From: Catajapyx aquilonaris
Taxonomy: Eukaryota
Assembly: GCA_000934665.2 (NCBI GenBank)
Contig: KZ538100.1
Span: 62,001 to 126,000 of the forward strand
DNA: 64,000 nucleotides
Direction of reading: 5' to 3'
Shown here one piece after another: positions 39,301 through 53,689 of this stretch. Below the pieces are notes generated by a model that saw only the letters and a list, made by a program, of their open reading frames with translations, was not told where the DNA came from and searched no databases. Position 1 is the first letter of the stretch; the number at the start of each line of letters is the position of its first letter. Made by a program: the position numbers and the translations under genes.

Positions 39301-42300
39301 TCTCTCTCGGAGGCCCATCGTCATTGCACCACCACCAAACCATTGCCAAAGAGCATCGGGGGGATCATACAGGGAGAGTGCTCCTGTAGAAGATGGTAAT
39401 TATTACTACCCGAGTGATGCCATCCCTTTTCCAATAAGCTTGTTCAGCAGAAGGGGAAGTAATGGTTGCAGATTCCGTTTACGGGACGTCGAATGACCAC
39501 TTGGAACCGTTATAAACACGCCATGGAAACTGCTTGGACATGTCAACCACGGATTACTCCAGAATTAATCGCCCACCACCTACGTGTAGCAATGCCGACA
39601 CCTGCCGGACACATGAAATGAGCAAGTGTTCAGATGCCTGAATTTGCACACATTTTGTACCGAGTCACTTTTGGACAATAAATAGGTACGAACTCATTTG
39701 GCATCAGTAGTTACCAGGAGTAGTAAGTGAATGCAAATAATGCTGTTGGAGGTGAGACCCACATGTGCAATGTGCATTGTGAGAGAGGCTTGCTCCGCTG
39801 GAGAGTAAAATTTTTTTTCAGGTTCATTTGTTCAGATCCGCATTAGAGAGAGCAAGCACACACTTGAGCACATGGGGAGAGAGAGAGGGGAGGGCAGGGT
39901 TTCCAGAGAGAGGGCACCATATGCAGCGGCAGCATCCACACTCTAATTAGCATCAGAGAAATATGAAAAATGGACCTTAATCCGGTTCCTAACGCTTTGC
40001 ATTAATTGCCGCCAATTGACGAATGGATAGTTGAGAGTGTGAGCAATGGGGTGTTGGGTCGTATGGGGTTGTGCTGAAGGAGGGGGGGAAAAAAGTGCTT
40101 GCACATGATGCCGCTCGTTAGGGGGACGAAAAAAAGAGGGTGCAAAGCAAGGTATTGTTCTCCCCAAAAATAGACATAAATCGGCCTTAAAATATGTTGG
40201 ATATCGGCTGTTGATGACGGTGTTTTTTTCTCTCCACTTGGCGTAAATTGGATCAGGGAGATCATTGAAGCGCAAATGGGTGAGTGGCAGGTCAGCTGAC
40301 CTTTTGAGCCGCTTATCCCAATGTCACTGATCCCTTCAGCAGGCAGGAGGGCAGGCAGGAGGGTCCAGAGAGGAGGAATAACATGGTGGCGGTGGTGTTA
40401 GTCGGGTGCCTTCATGCTGGTGACGGCGGGTTCTGATGCTGTCAATTGGACGAAGGGTCCCCATCAGGATTGGATGAACCTCGATTGTTGCCCTCTGTCC
40501 ATCTGTCCTCTTCCTGCTGGCCCGCATTCAAATCATCCGGAGTCCCATATGGCACCTGAGCCATTGATATATTGCCCGTTTCATTTGAGCAAACACTTTT
40601 TAACGACGATTGATATGTCATATGTCATATGTGCCATGTGATTAAACATATACTCAATTTTTCTGTCTCCAGCATCAGCAGTGCAATATAAGATGCGTCG
40701 TGTACATCCCCTGGAGCGACTGCCTGTACATGGTGGTTGGCGTGAAGATGAATGGACTCGTGTCGGGGTGAAGTGAGGCACCTTGGCATCATTGTCCCTG
40801 CGCCAGGGCTCATCATGTCGGAGGCAGCACCGCCTCCGCTGATGCTGCCTGCCCTGCCCGCCTGCCCGATCAGCCCAAATTAATTAGGTGGGTGATGACG
40901 CAACTCTGGCAGACAGACGGGGGTATCACCCAGCCTGGAGGGTACTGTATATAGGCTGCAGACGCGCTCTTGTCATTTGCTATAGGTCCAAGCAATGTCA
41001 TACATGTGCAGCACACACCTTGCTTTAAGCAGTTTCTCGCATATTAATAGTTTTTAGGTTTTTCTTTTGAAAATCGAGACTTTTGGAAAACAGGTCGGAA
41101 TTTTAATTTGCGAGTCGAGAGCCTTTGTATATGTAATTTGGCTAGGAAATATTGTAATTTTGATGCGAACTTGCAACCTGCCGCATTTTTCACTCCATGT
41201 TGCAGTACAAGCACAGTAGACAAAATGAGTTTGATACACCCCCCTCCCCATATTATGCCCCCGAGGTTGGGTTTTCAGAGCTCTGCTGCTGCACCAGCCA
41301 GGCAGGCATCAGGGCAGACACGTTCTCTTATGGACTCAAGTGATTATTGCGGGCCTCTTGTTTGACTTTGTGATTGTAATAAGGGCAAGTGTAAGTGTCG
41401 CCTATCAACGTCGGCTTGGGCTCGCTAGCTCTCTCTGCTGCTGCTGCTCGGCTCTGATGCTGTGATGTCATCACATGCAGTCAATTCTCTCAGCCAGGGG
41501 GAGACCCCCTCTCCATGGCACTAATATACACTGCAGCACATATCGCCTGCATGTGTATATGGCATCGCGCACGTTAAGAGCAGGCCGGGGATATCATATA
41601 TGACACGAGCGGAGGCTAATATACAGGGCTGGATGCGAGAAAGAAAAAGTAGGCCCCAGAAGGGACTTTGCTGCTGATGATATGGGAAGGGATTTACACA
41701 CACTCAGTGGGGGGATGGACCATTATGGCCCCCCTCTCACCTGTGCTGATGTTGCGCCCAAACTATTGCAAAGATTACCTCCCATATTAATTTCCTCCGG
41801 CTGGCCCTGCATTGTTTACTCGCTCTCTGTAAATACAGTTTGCACCCTCTGCAAGTGCATAGAGAGAGTGTAGCGCTGCCTTTTAGGCCATCAACATAAT
41901 ATCATGGGCTCCTGGAAAGACACCGAATCAGTTGCAGTACAATCAGGTATATAGGCAAAGTGAGGGTGACCATCTGAATGCTGGTTAGATGGCGTTGAAA
42001 GGGGATTTCTGCTGGCAAGAGTCTGGAGGGCGTCGCGAGAAAGAAGAGGCAGTAAATCTGCGACTTCATTCCGGGGAATGCGTTTGGGAAGGCAAGCGCT
42101 TTTGAATCTGCATCCCTTCCCTCCTCATCCCAGACCACCATCCCAATCTGCCCCATTCTCCTGATGATGCCGAGACTGCTCTGAAACTAAGAGGCGCCAA
42201 CCCATCAAACCCGAGTCATTCCCGCAGAATGCAATCAGGGGAGGGGGAGGGAGGGCCCCCGTTGAATAGAGCAAGACTTGGCGCCTCTGATTAAGGGGGT

Positions 42301-45300
42301 GGAGGAATAAGGGAGGGCTGCAAATGATTCTCATTGCTTCCCGAGGAGAGATCGCAGAGTGGTAGTTGCCTTGCTTCACAATGATCCCTTCCTCCTCTCG
42401 GCAGCAGCATCGGGGAAGAACAAGATAAAGAGGTGGGGGACAGAAAAGAGGAGGGGGAAAAGGAAGAAGAAAAGATTCAATCAGGACTCGAATTGTCATT
42501 TGTTGGCGTCCGGATGACCCCGTTCGGAGGATTCCCAGTGATCGGATCCCAATTCAAAGGCTTGACGTGGAGGTGGGCCACCTGGAAATTGCCTCTGTCA
42601 ATCCCCCATTCGCGTCATCCCAAACCCCGCCAATGCTTTCACCATCTGAACATTTTGCTATCCTCTTCTTTTACACACGGTAAAAAGTATAGGATAGCTA
42701 TATTCCCAATCGGGTAAAACATGATACATTATGATGAGCATATTGGCGACACCATGCATCATTCAAAAGAGAGTCGAATCGTCGTTGACTATATAATCCA
42801 GCAGCCTCTGATGGGGACGTTCCCCATTGTTGTGACACCTGAAGTTAACTCGAGTAGATTGATGATGCGAGTCCCGCATTGTTGCAGGCGACAATCGGGT
42901 ATATGGTTAGAGAATCTTCCCCGTCCACCTCTTTCTGTCAGTCAAAACGTATGGATCCGAGTTGTTCTAAACCGGTTAAGTGGACAGAAGAGAACATCGA
43001 CCTCAACCTGGGGCAATGAAAAGGACAAGAGTGACCTTTCCCCTCCCACTTCCGGTGCTGAAAGAGACCCACACCTGCAGCAGGCATAGGCAACAATGGG
43101 GGCTTCTCCCCTTCGCCTTTAACTGTATACCTGTTTATTGTATCCGGAGGGAGCCTAAATGCGCGCAGGGTCTATTTGTCAACGTGTAGTCTGCTCCCCG
43201 GAGAGTATTATCCAAAAAGCGCTCATTTTTATTGAGGATTAACAAAAAGTGGGTTAGTTATTCAAAAATTTTGTGGGTAAAAGTCGGGGGGTTGTGGGAG
43301 GGGCGGCGGAAATATCTTTGTGCTGGCCTTTTTACAAGGCCATCGGAAGTCGCTTCCTTTCATCGGCGAGGCCCAAAGAGGAGGTGTCTTCTCACCTGGG
43401 CACAAAGGCCATGCCCGCTGGGGGGGTGGGCCGCCCCGGGGCTAAACTACCGCCACTTGTGCGTTCCAAGCCATTGCTGGGTAGTATACCTGCCTCGCCT
43501 GAGGGATGAATAAGGAGTGCAAAGGCTTTTCAGAAACGAATGAATGAAGAGAGGGGGAACAAGGAAGGACTTCCGAGCCAAGGAGGAATATAACCAACAA
43601 GCAATACCACCGATGCTTGTCAGGGGAATGTCACCTATTCATTTCCAGCAACGGCTTGAAAAGTTGGAAATGTTTGTACTATACCTGAATACGTATCTGC
43701 TGCAGTCTGTTGGTTTTACAGAACAAAGGCAGCGTATAGAATTATTTAAAAATTGTGAAATGCATATGAGGTAGTTCTGCACTCAATCACCGTTGATTAT
43801 TATAATAAAATTGTAGCTACTAAAAGAAATCACGCTATATTTTTGCAGAAGGGTGTTTTCTTAACTACATAAGAAATTATTATTGGTACTGTAACAATAG
43901 CCAACATGAAACGCGGCAAAATTTCAACACTTGAGGCGTTGACATGGGAAAGAGCATAAGTCATAAAAATATTTTGTACGGGGGACTAGGGGGAAAAAAA
44001 GCAGTGTTGAGAACACGGTGAATCAGAACAAAACCTTTCTTATTGTTCGATTTTTAGCAAGCCATGAAAAGTCAAATCAAAGTAGTTTATGAGTTTAGCA
44101 ATTTAAATGTATAGGCATTTTTTTATTTTTGAGGCGAATTTCTTATTGCTACTTAACTTATGCCCTTTCCCATCTCAACGCCTCAATTTCTTAATCATTC
44201 CCGTTTCTGAGAAATATTGTAACAACAATATGACGGCAAATCCAATGGTCCTTTCTAGGTTCATAATAAAATTGTGCCATTCGATGAACCTGTCAACTCT
44301 TCCAGCTACCAACGGCTGGAAAAAAAATCTAACCGTTAACCAAGGGTTAATTGATGAAGTTGTATATAAATCGGAAAGGTTGCCTCGGTTGCATGAAAAC
44401 GAGCTTTGATCATTGAGCATGGGACACAACTAGAAGGGATTCTGCAGAGGGCCCGGGATTGGACAGCTGAATGAGCAGATAAATAATGGCAGTGCTGTGT
44501 GAATGAGGCGGGGCTTTTGATACGGAAACCTTTTCCGGTCCAGCAGTTTCCTGGATGGAAATGGAATGATTTCGTATTAATAGAGCTCAGACTGGTATGC
44601 CTGTCCACCCAAGGAAAAAAAAAGAGAGAAGGTGAGTGGGGGGTATATGGAGGGTGGGGGGTGGGCATCGTTACGGAACGGAGCAAGCATAATGCCAGGC
44701 AGACTTTTAATACAGGGCGGAAGGGAGTCCCAGTCAAAAGGCACCCACTACTCAGTGGACCCTACACTGGCGACGTTGCCATACTTATTGTCACTTTACC
44801 TTGTTAGCAGACATCTCTGGAAAAATATCTAGGAGTTACTGATAGATCCCGATGTTGCACAGTAAATTAATACGCGTGCTTTGGTTTTAACAAGTACGTA
44901 TATGATGACAGATCCTGAATACATGACCACGACAGCAAAATTGTATTCCGTCGTACATGTGGAAATGCAGCCATATATTTCACTGCCAACCAGTGCTGGA
45001 TGGTTCGAGTCGAAAATGTGTCAACATGTGAAGTGGATGAAGTCAAAGAGCAGGACGGGTGACCATATCAGCAGCAGGCCTTGCCTTGTAGAAAGAGAGC
45101 CAGAAAAAAAGGGCAATATACTCGTATACTATACGCAGAGAGGTATGCTCTCCCCTTGTCCCGTTCTGGTCCCTTGGTCACCACCACCACCGACCATGGA
45201 TATAAACTTTGGTCCCCTTTTGAGACCGACTTAATGAAACAGAACTAAACACGACCCAGGTGAAAGGGACCCTTTGGCCGGTGACATCCATAATCGACTG

Positions 45301-48300
45301 GCACACACTGCCGGCCGGGTATAATGATATCGTCACAAGACGGTGGTTTCCAAGGGAATGGGGGAGAGAGTTTCAGTTCACCCTGTGATTGAAGCGTTGC
45401 GAAGGGAGGCAGCAGCAGCAGACATCACCTTTTTCCCTGCTGGAAATTCCTGGATTGTCCCCCCCTGAACACGAGTCGAGCTCCGTGTTATGACACTCGT
45501 TGGCCTAATCGAATTTCATCTGATCCGGGCGTTATGGCTGGGACCTACACGCCAACCGATGGAGCCTGAGGGTGCATGATAACAAGATTTACGGACCATC
45601 TCTTCTTCTTCTTCCTTCCTGCCTTCCTCCTTTTGATCGTCATTGCCGAGAGGGAGATGGGAAGGAACCCACCTCATTCCCAAACTCTTCTCTCGACAGT
45701 GATGCCGATGAGAAAATGATTCTTCCTTCTTGTCTCATCATGTTCTCCGAAAGTGTGTGCCTGATGCTGATCATTTTTATACTTTCCGACTGCACAATGC
45801 ATGATATTAATCCAGCAAGAGATAGCACCTGAAAGATGGCACAGTCTGACGTCAGAATCTGATGCATATGCAGGGTGGGCATAAATACAGATCAGATGGA
45901 AATAAATAATAAGCCGCGTCGCTCAGCAAGCCCATGCAGTGCACAACTGAAAAATCCTATATCGCACCAACTCTAATTTGATTCCCAGCTATACAGATTC
46001 CCCCCCCATACTACACACACACACACACACACTGCAGGCTGCTCTCTCTCCCCCCATCTCCCCACACATACGGCGAACGAACATGGTGTATAGTAGGCAG
46101 GCAGAGTGGGAGGGGGGGCTTTTGGTCCAAATCAGGGTCTTGGTGCCTCTAATTGGCATCGGGTCCGAATTTTACGAGCGGGCAAATGCGGGATGAAAGT
46201 CGGCAATTAGAGCCTTGCTTGCCATCCATGGCCAAGCACACTTTGCTGGGTTTACTAGTCCATTCGTAGTCGCAAGTGCAGCTTCTGCGGTCAGCATTAC
46301 AGCTGACGATTACGAATACGCCCTTGCAAATTATCCCCGCAAAAGCCCCAGTTGGAAGCCTCCAAATGGCCCCTCTCTCGTCCGACACCTTTCCGGAAGC
46401 CCTTTTCGTCAACCCCCCCCCCCTTTCCATCCCACCCACCCCTTGCCTCCACTGCAGCTGCTGGACAGATAAGATGTGGCCGACATACTCCGGATGCTGC
46501 AACCGGACCTCTGCAGCTTCCCTCATCATGACGAGTGTGTGTCCTGCACACCCGATTAAGTCCTGAAATCCTGCTGGTGTCCGCGCAAAAAAAAGAGAAG
46601 TGATTGTGATCGTGATGCATTGGTGTTTCTTGCTTGCCCCCCTGTTGTCCGTTCCCAGCATCGCTGCATAATCTCATTATAGAAACATTCGCCAACCCGT
46701 GCGCTTATTCATTTAGCCACTCTGCTTCCGAGGCCCAAATATAATTTCTTAACGACTGATTGCAATGTGCTAGGGGACGATGATGCTGCTGCGGATGGGG
46801 GGTTTGATGATGGTTGGAGAGGGATATTTCCACTCCATTTCCCATCGTCCATCCCAGCACGGGCACACACCCGAAAAAAGACAGAGGACCCAACCAACCC
46901 TCTTGCTGCTGTGATGTGAATAAGCCCCCCTTCCATCCATCCAGCGTGTTTGAACCACCCCAACTTACGCACGCTACATTCATTTCAATTAGTTGGTGCT
47001 GCTTAATCGTTTCCTCCTTGCTGCTTGATGCTAATGCAATCCGTTGCGCTCAATTTCCGACATTACTTAACCGGGGGCGACGCTTTGTAATCATTACACC
47101 AACTTCAGAATAAGGACGTGTCGCTTCACTTGCTCCTCATCATCCCATCTTTTCCTGCACCAGGCTTGTCTACAGGGTGCTCCAGTTCCACTCGCCATTT
47201 TCATTGCAGTTATTTTTTGACGTCAGACTGATGCTTTTAAGCAGACGTTTTATATGCATATCATGCTTATTAGTTGCTAAGAATAGCTGGAGTATAGAAG
47301 CATTTATTTCGACACTGATAAATTGCAATGTTTTTCTGCTTTTAGACAATGAGAATGCTTCAATTCCCCTCTGTCATCATTAATGGATTTTGTGCGAATC
47401 AATTTTTTGGAAGGTCAAAACATCCCTCTTCTTTTTAGTCATAATAATACGATACCAATAGTTCGAATAACAAAAGTGTGGAATTTTCTTCCCAGCACTG
47501 CTAACTTAGCAGTAACCATCATCAACACTGGTACTGCTAAGTTAGCAGTAACTAGCAGTGGGACAAAAATTCCGCCCAATATAATTTTCCAAACGTTATG
47601 TTTTTTTTTGATATCTAGCAACGAATATAAATGATTTATACTTTTGATATTTCTATATTTATTTTAATAGTGTCTAGAGTGTTATTATTTTGCAGAATAC
47701 TTTCATTCAGAATGATATTAACAGGTAATACATTCATGCCTCCATGAGAGTAACTCTCGGTGATTAACTGCTGATAATAATAAGCTAGTGTCTCTAATAA
47801 ACCAGTGTTTCATAACAACCATGTGATTACCTGTAACCGATATATTTTAAAGTCAAATTATATTCGGAGCAAGATGCGGTGGTGCGGGGCTGCGGATTGG
47901 TCGAGAGAGAGAGGAGGTGATGAGATGTCAGTGATTTCCTTCACACCCTGTATAACGAGTATAGTGGCTAGGGTTTGCGGGTGAAGCGTCGGCGCATGAG
48001 GCCTGACTGCTGGCACTAGTATCCTTGTGATCTCCCTCAGGGGGGTCCAAAAACCCCCTCCTCTTTCCCTCCCAACCTTCCCCCATAAGGCCATCGGAGG
48101 CCCATTTCATTATCCTGAAGCAGCGGCCCCCCCTCCGGCCCTCACCCCGATTAATTTAACACTCATCACCCTAATGAAAAGCCTGATTAAAGGCTTTCTT
48201 GTCCGGGTGGAGGGAGGGGAGGGGTCCGCTGCAAAGTGGTGCACTATGCCTACAGTACAATGGGTACAGTGGTAGTGCGGAATGAGCTGGGTCAAACGAC

Positions 48301-50178
48301 TCTCTGTCTGCTGCCCCGAAAGAGGTATCGCGGGGTTGGGAGTGGGTGGGGAGGAAGAGGCGGGGCAGACACGCCCTTTCTGGTAAACACACTTAAATTA
48401 ACACTGGAGGATGTACTCGATGTCAAATGAGCCAGAGGGGGGGGGGGGGCTGCCTGGAATTTGCGCAGGCGGTTGGCCAACCCCGCACCCAAAACTATGT
48501 GTGCATCACTGCATCACGGACCATCATTATGCTGCTGGCATGCGAAGCATTGTGGGTTGCCTACAATGCAGGGTATCACGAAGCGAATTTATGCGGCACA
48601 ATAATTTCAGTTTACATAATTAATATCTGGACCAAATTAAGGGGCAATTTGTGAACTATTGCAGTCCGTTTGGAACAGAAGCAACAATCACAATAAGTGA
48701 ATGGCATGTCCTGCCATGCATGTAGAAGTGCAACCTTGCATGAGCTGCACTCCTAGGGTAATGGCATAATGCTCTGCAGCACATCTTTTATATGGTATGG
48801 ACGAGTGGGTAAATAGGCAGTTGGTCGCGCGTAAAACAAGGGTGTCAGTTGGCGCCTGGGGGGTTTCATCATAAAAGGTGGGCGCCCCCGGGGTAAATCA
48901 CCCGAGGGATCATGCTTGTCTTAATTCGGGTATATACCTACGCAGATTGCTCGGTTTCATGAAACCATTCTGATGATCGTCAAAATTCCGGAGAGGGGAA
49001 GTGCGCAGCGTTTTAAAAAAATAATTCGAAAATTGTGTCCCGATGACGATAACTCCGTGTTGTTATTGACTCCATTAGTCTGCGCTATATACGGGCTGAG
49101 TGATCGTTTCAGGGTTTGGCGACTCGGGCCATATTCCCGGGCATAAAATCCGGGGAGGGCAACCCAACACCAACACCTTACTCTAATTGCGTTTTATTTA
49201 CACTGCCGCCTGCTGCCTGAGAGGTGCATATGTATGCTATATAGAGAAAGGGTTGTGTATACACAGCACACAATGCCTGCCTTTTTTTCTATCTCTCGCT
49301 CTTGCCCCCAGCAGCACCCCCCCACTTCTAAATAATAAAAAAGCGCATATCCTGTGGATAGGTCGTGACAAATGAGGTGATTTTGAGCGTCCCCAGCGCT
49401 CGCTTCGGGAGCCAGTAGTAGGCCTAATCCGGTTTATCAGTTAGGGTTTTCAAATAGGCTACCCGGGTTGGTTGTAATGAAAGTTTAATGGGGAAAGGCC
49501 CTCCAATAAAACATTATCCGGTCGCCATTTCCTCTCGAAATTTGGTTCCGCCGAGCAATGGCACACATATAGCCCCGGACACCAATAATTAATTTTTTAA
49601 TAGCCATACTGCAATATTTCTACAGTGATTAGGTCTGCACGGAATGGGAGTTTCAGTGAGCAACTGTGGCAGATGGTTTGCTGCTTAGACTATGCTGCCA
49701 TGCTACACACTCTGATATGCTGCTGCTGGCCCTGCTGATGCCGACCGTGGTTATTTTCCATCGGAGGCCACCCTCCCACATTATATATACGTATGTTGAA
49801 TATGCATTTTTTGCCATCAGGAAAAACGTTAGGGTTGCCTGCGGTACATTCCTTTTATTAATATCTGAGCACAAATCCAGTAATTGAGTCTTCAAAAATA
49901 TATGTGCAAAAATGCATATATGCGTGTATGGTTGTGCATGTAGCCTACATATAAGTTACGTTAGCACATGTTATACCGTAATATTAAGATGTACGTGATC
50001 TTATCTTCGTTTGGAGTGTGTGCATCACTGCAGCCGCAGAATTCCAGGTCCAAAACAGTGCTTTCCGAATATTTCTCCTTCACAAAGCGCATGTCAACTG
50101 CACATAATCTCATCTCCACTGCTGCTCCAATTTCGAAGTGTCTTAAACTTATATCCATCAACGAAGGGTGATTATGGT

Positions 50179-50179
<1 letters not shown>

Positions 50180-50254
<75 letters not shown>
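50180..50254. repeat. (TTA)n microsatellite
   Basis: About 25 perfect units. Confidence 0.97.
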
Positions 50255-50255
<1 letters not shown>

Positions 50256-50401
50256 GTAAAATTAATTTTGAAGGGATCATTGTGCTACCGTGTACCGCAG
50301 CACTTTATTGCTGAAAAGTACAAGGCATATGCGTCAGAATAACAACGAAAAAAGCAACACACTAAATCGCTCTATAGAAATAATACGTATATTTGTGTCT
50401 C

Positions 50402-50747
50402 GGGGGAGGCGGAGTGGTGCTGCGGTAACGTATATGCGCTCACGGATGTTAAGGTCCCGGGTTCGATCCCAACCCGGGGACACTCCCTTCATCTCGTGCA
50501 GAGTTCATGAGTCGTCTCTGGCTTCGTCTAGGGTGGAATTTCCTTAGACTAATCCACCCGGGGGAGCTCACAAAACGACCACATTTCAGACAAGGCACTG
50601 CACTTGCACATCTCCTCCTGTCATCCTGCCCGTGGGCCCGGGCGCTTCAATAATAGGGTTCCCAAAGTTGTACCAACGTTAAAATAAAGGCCTGGCTGAA
50701 AACCCCGAGGGGTACGCCTATCACCCAATTAATAATTAATTAATTAA
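50402..50747 (+). mobile_element. Full-length tRNA-derived SINE (~346 bp) with 14-bp target-site duplication
   Basis: tRNA-like head with A box (tggtgctgcgg, ~50415) and B box (ggttcgatccc, ~50460), AT-rich (TAAT)n tail, flanked by the direct repeat tatatttgtgtctc at 50388-50401 and 50748-50761. Confidence 0.9.
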
Positions 50748-51070
50748 TATATTTGTGTCTCCAATCTTTCCCACCACAACATGGCAGCAAAACCCTTAAA
50801 GCCTATATACTGTAGATATGACAACATAATTTTATTATGGAGTGCCGTGAAAGATTTTCGTTAAAAGTGGTTCTCAACAAGGCGACAGAAATGATGGGGC
50901 AGACAATTTATTTGACTGAGCTCTATTATATAGGGGCAGTTGTAAATGAGGGAGCTGACTTATTATTGTGTATTTTTATGCTGTGCATCTGAAAAAGGTG
51001 TTAACTTTGGGGACAGAGTGTATTGAAAATGAGCGAGTTTTGAGGGACTGGAAATAGAGCTTACCTTATA

Positions 51071-51494
51071 CAGGGTGTATCTGAACTCAGTGCCCCGACG
51101 TATATGACTGCCTTCCTAGCCACCAGAGGATTGATTTAAGTATAGGAATCATTATGTTTGGCCGCCGCATTACGGAGATAATTGGCCGCAAACATGAAGT
51201 ACAAAATATCCTGTCGGTTAGGCCACCCATCGAACCCTCCCCCAGTCAGAAGGCTCTGGAAGGTCTGGGGGCGGGACTTTGTTGGGTTGTTGCCCACAGG
51301 TGGTAAGGCCTCTTTGGCTAGTTACACCAGAAAATTCTATTTAAAAGTCAGAAGGAGCGATTAGGCAAAAATCGCTAAAGAGTGTATCTCAGTAATGAGG
51401 CTGCCCAGACATATGACTCCTATACTTAAATCGATCCTCTGGTGGCTAGGAAGGCAGTCATATACGTCGGGGCACTTAGTTCAGATACACCCTG
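51071..51494. mobile_element. Tc1/mariner-type MITE, 424 bp, ~110-bp TIRs, TA target-site duplication
   Basis: ta-CAGGGTGTATCTGAACT.AGTGCCCCGACGTATATGACTGCC ... GGCAGTCATATACGTCGGGGCACT.AGTTCAGATACACCCTG-ta. Confidence 0.92.
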
Positions 51495-53210
51495 TATAGT
51501 CTCAGTGTCAGTGTATATTATGTATAGGATTAGGTGCAAGTTATCGCGCCAACCAAATTCTAGATTTCAATGTAGCCAGGTTCCGTTACATATTGTAACT
51601 AATATTAGTTAGAAGTGCAAGTTTTTTGAAGGCAAGATTAAAGGTCTCTTTTTAAAAATAAATCTGTGGTTTTAAATAAATCACAAGCAGTTAGTTCAAG
51701 AGCAATCAATTTTATAGACCTATACTAACATCAGAAAAAAAGAAAAACAGAAACAAAATGTGCTATTTACAGAGTTTTAAATATTTGTAACCTAAAAAAT
51801 AGGTGTAGCTGACATACGGTATATATTTCAACTGTGGCATGATGAATATATTTTATGGATTTTTATATCACAGAAAAATTGCGGAATGTAATATTTGAAA
51901 TACCTTTACGAGCATGCATTTTTTCCAGTTCTTATTCCTGTGGATTGAGACTCTTCAATTGATTTTTCAGTCGACCCCCCCCCCCCCCAAACCCCATTTT
52001 ATTGGAATATTGACCAATAAAAGATGTTAGTCTACATTCCATGTGCAAAACAACTTCCTTCTATATTTTCTATTTTGTTGCAAAAGTGATGATGGGTCTC
52101 TGTTCAATAAATTTTTGAAGCACTTACAAAATTGTAATGGAAGGAGAACAAATCACACATTAGCATATATGCAGTAGTTACATGGATTCAAACTTGTTTA
52201 CATTTACCACTGACACACAACAGCAGCAACAGCAGTCTATAAGCGATATAATGTGTTCATACATTTTGTAAACAACGTGTTTTAATTTAATATATGATAC
52301 CTATACGTATATGCACTGCTTTAAAAAATTCAGATTCAACCTGTTCGATGGCGATTATGAAATATGCAGGGGGGCTTTCAAATTTGTCACCACTTGCCCT
52401 ATGATGTCATAAAGGAGCCTGTTTTGAAGTTCAGGGACCAGGACTGTGCAGTATACACAATCGCATACTGTAATAGAGCGAGGCAAAGTTCCTCAGAATT
52501 TTGGAAATATCAGTTATATCAGCTTGGCCTCCTGGTTCAATATAGGAATGGAGCAGCGGCCCACCAAAAATGGTATAATTTCGATCGCGATTTCCCTCAA
52601 AAGTTGAGACGCCTACTCAGTTTGTTCATGAAGGAAGCGCCCCTTGAATAGATTCGGTTGAGTTCAGCTGGTAGGCAATATACATTCAGGTTTAACACTC
52701 AATTTTGCATAATAATTTTATTAAAACAGTGTGTGTTTGGAGCTACATAGCCTGCTGTGTGTAATTCCAGGGGATTCAACACGGTGAAACCGTACGCACT
52801 GCTGCAGCGGCGAATAAACTCCGTTCTTGTGACGAATTTCATCACTGAACAGATTTTCATTATGCTACTTTTAATTAATTTTATTACACACTGAAGACTT
52901 TCCATCGGTACTATACCAGAGAAAATTCCGGTAGAGTATATGGTCCGTTTAAACACATGACCATTATATCACAACGATGTAATTTATTGCGCAAGACAGA
53001 TTTTAGGTCTTCAAAAAGGTCCAAGAAGAGTTATTGACCACCCTGTACTATAGAGCCTGTCATATAGGCCTACTCTACAAAGTGAACATCTGAACCATAA
53101 CAACAAAAGTTCAAATATAAATGCGAAGTCAGAAATGATATTTACCCCATATATAGGCCTACTATTTATATATAACAAGTCCTTCCACCGGAGATTGAAG
53201 TTAATAAATC

Positions 53211-53312
53211 AGAAAACTGATGGTGGTGTGCCACCCCCCAAAAAGGGTATTGTTCTCTAGCACGGGGTAAAATAAATAAATAAATAAATACATACATACA
53301 TAAATAAATAAA
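53211..53312 (+). mobile_element. 3' end of a retroposon with (TAAA)n tail, copy 2
   Basis: agaaaactgatggtggtgtgccacccc...cacggggtaaaataaataaa, homologous to 23718-23811. Confidence 0.65.
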
Positions 53313-53689
53313 GAGCAAGAACAATATTGACGAATCAAGTTCTGCTACAGAGTTTCTGAGACATGTTTGAAGATGAAGTGCGGAAAGGCTGGAGGCGCTC
53401 AGTTCCAGAAATACCTGCGGACACCCTGTGGCGTGTGTAATGGCCTCCTGCTTCTTATTGGCGATATAGTATACTATACTTGCTGTGAGTGCATGGCATC
53501 AGTGTGACAGCGACGAGAGTGAGTGAAGTAGGCACAGCAAGAGGAGGTATGGATGGATCTGGTGTGTGATGGTGTGGTGTGGGTGCTGCCCTAGTAATGC
53601 AGTGCTGGGTCCATTGGGCTGGCTCCAATAACAAGCACAAAACAGGCCGTCAAACAGACAATGAGACGGATGTGAGGCGATGGCAGGCC

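Noticed and set aside
50402..50485. tRNA gene
   Set aside because: Has A/B boxes but continues into a ~260-bp body and tail with a TSD, so it is a SINE head.
8001..53048. Solitary caccctgta ends at ~8010, ~34510 and ~53040 resembling mariner-type TIRs
   Set aside because: No partner TIR found nearby, so no element boundaries can be supported.
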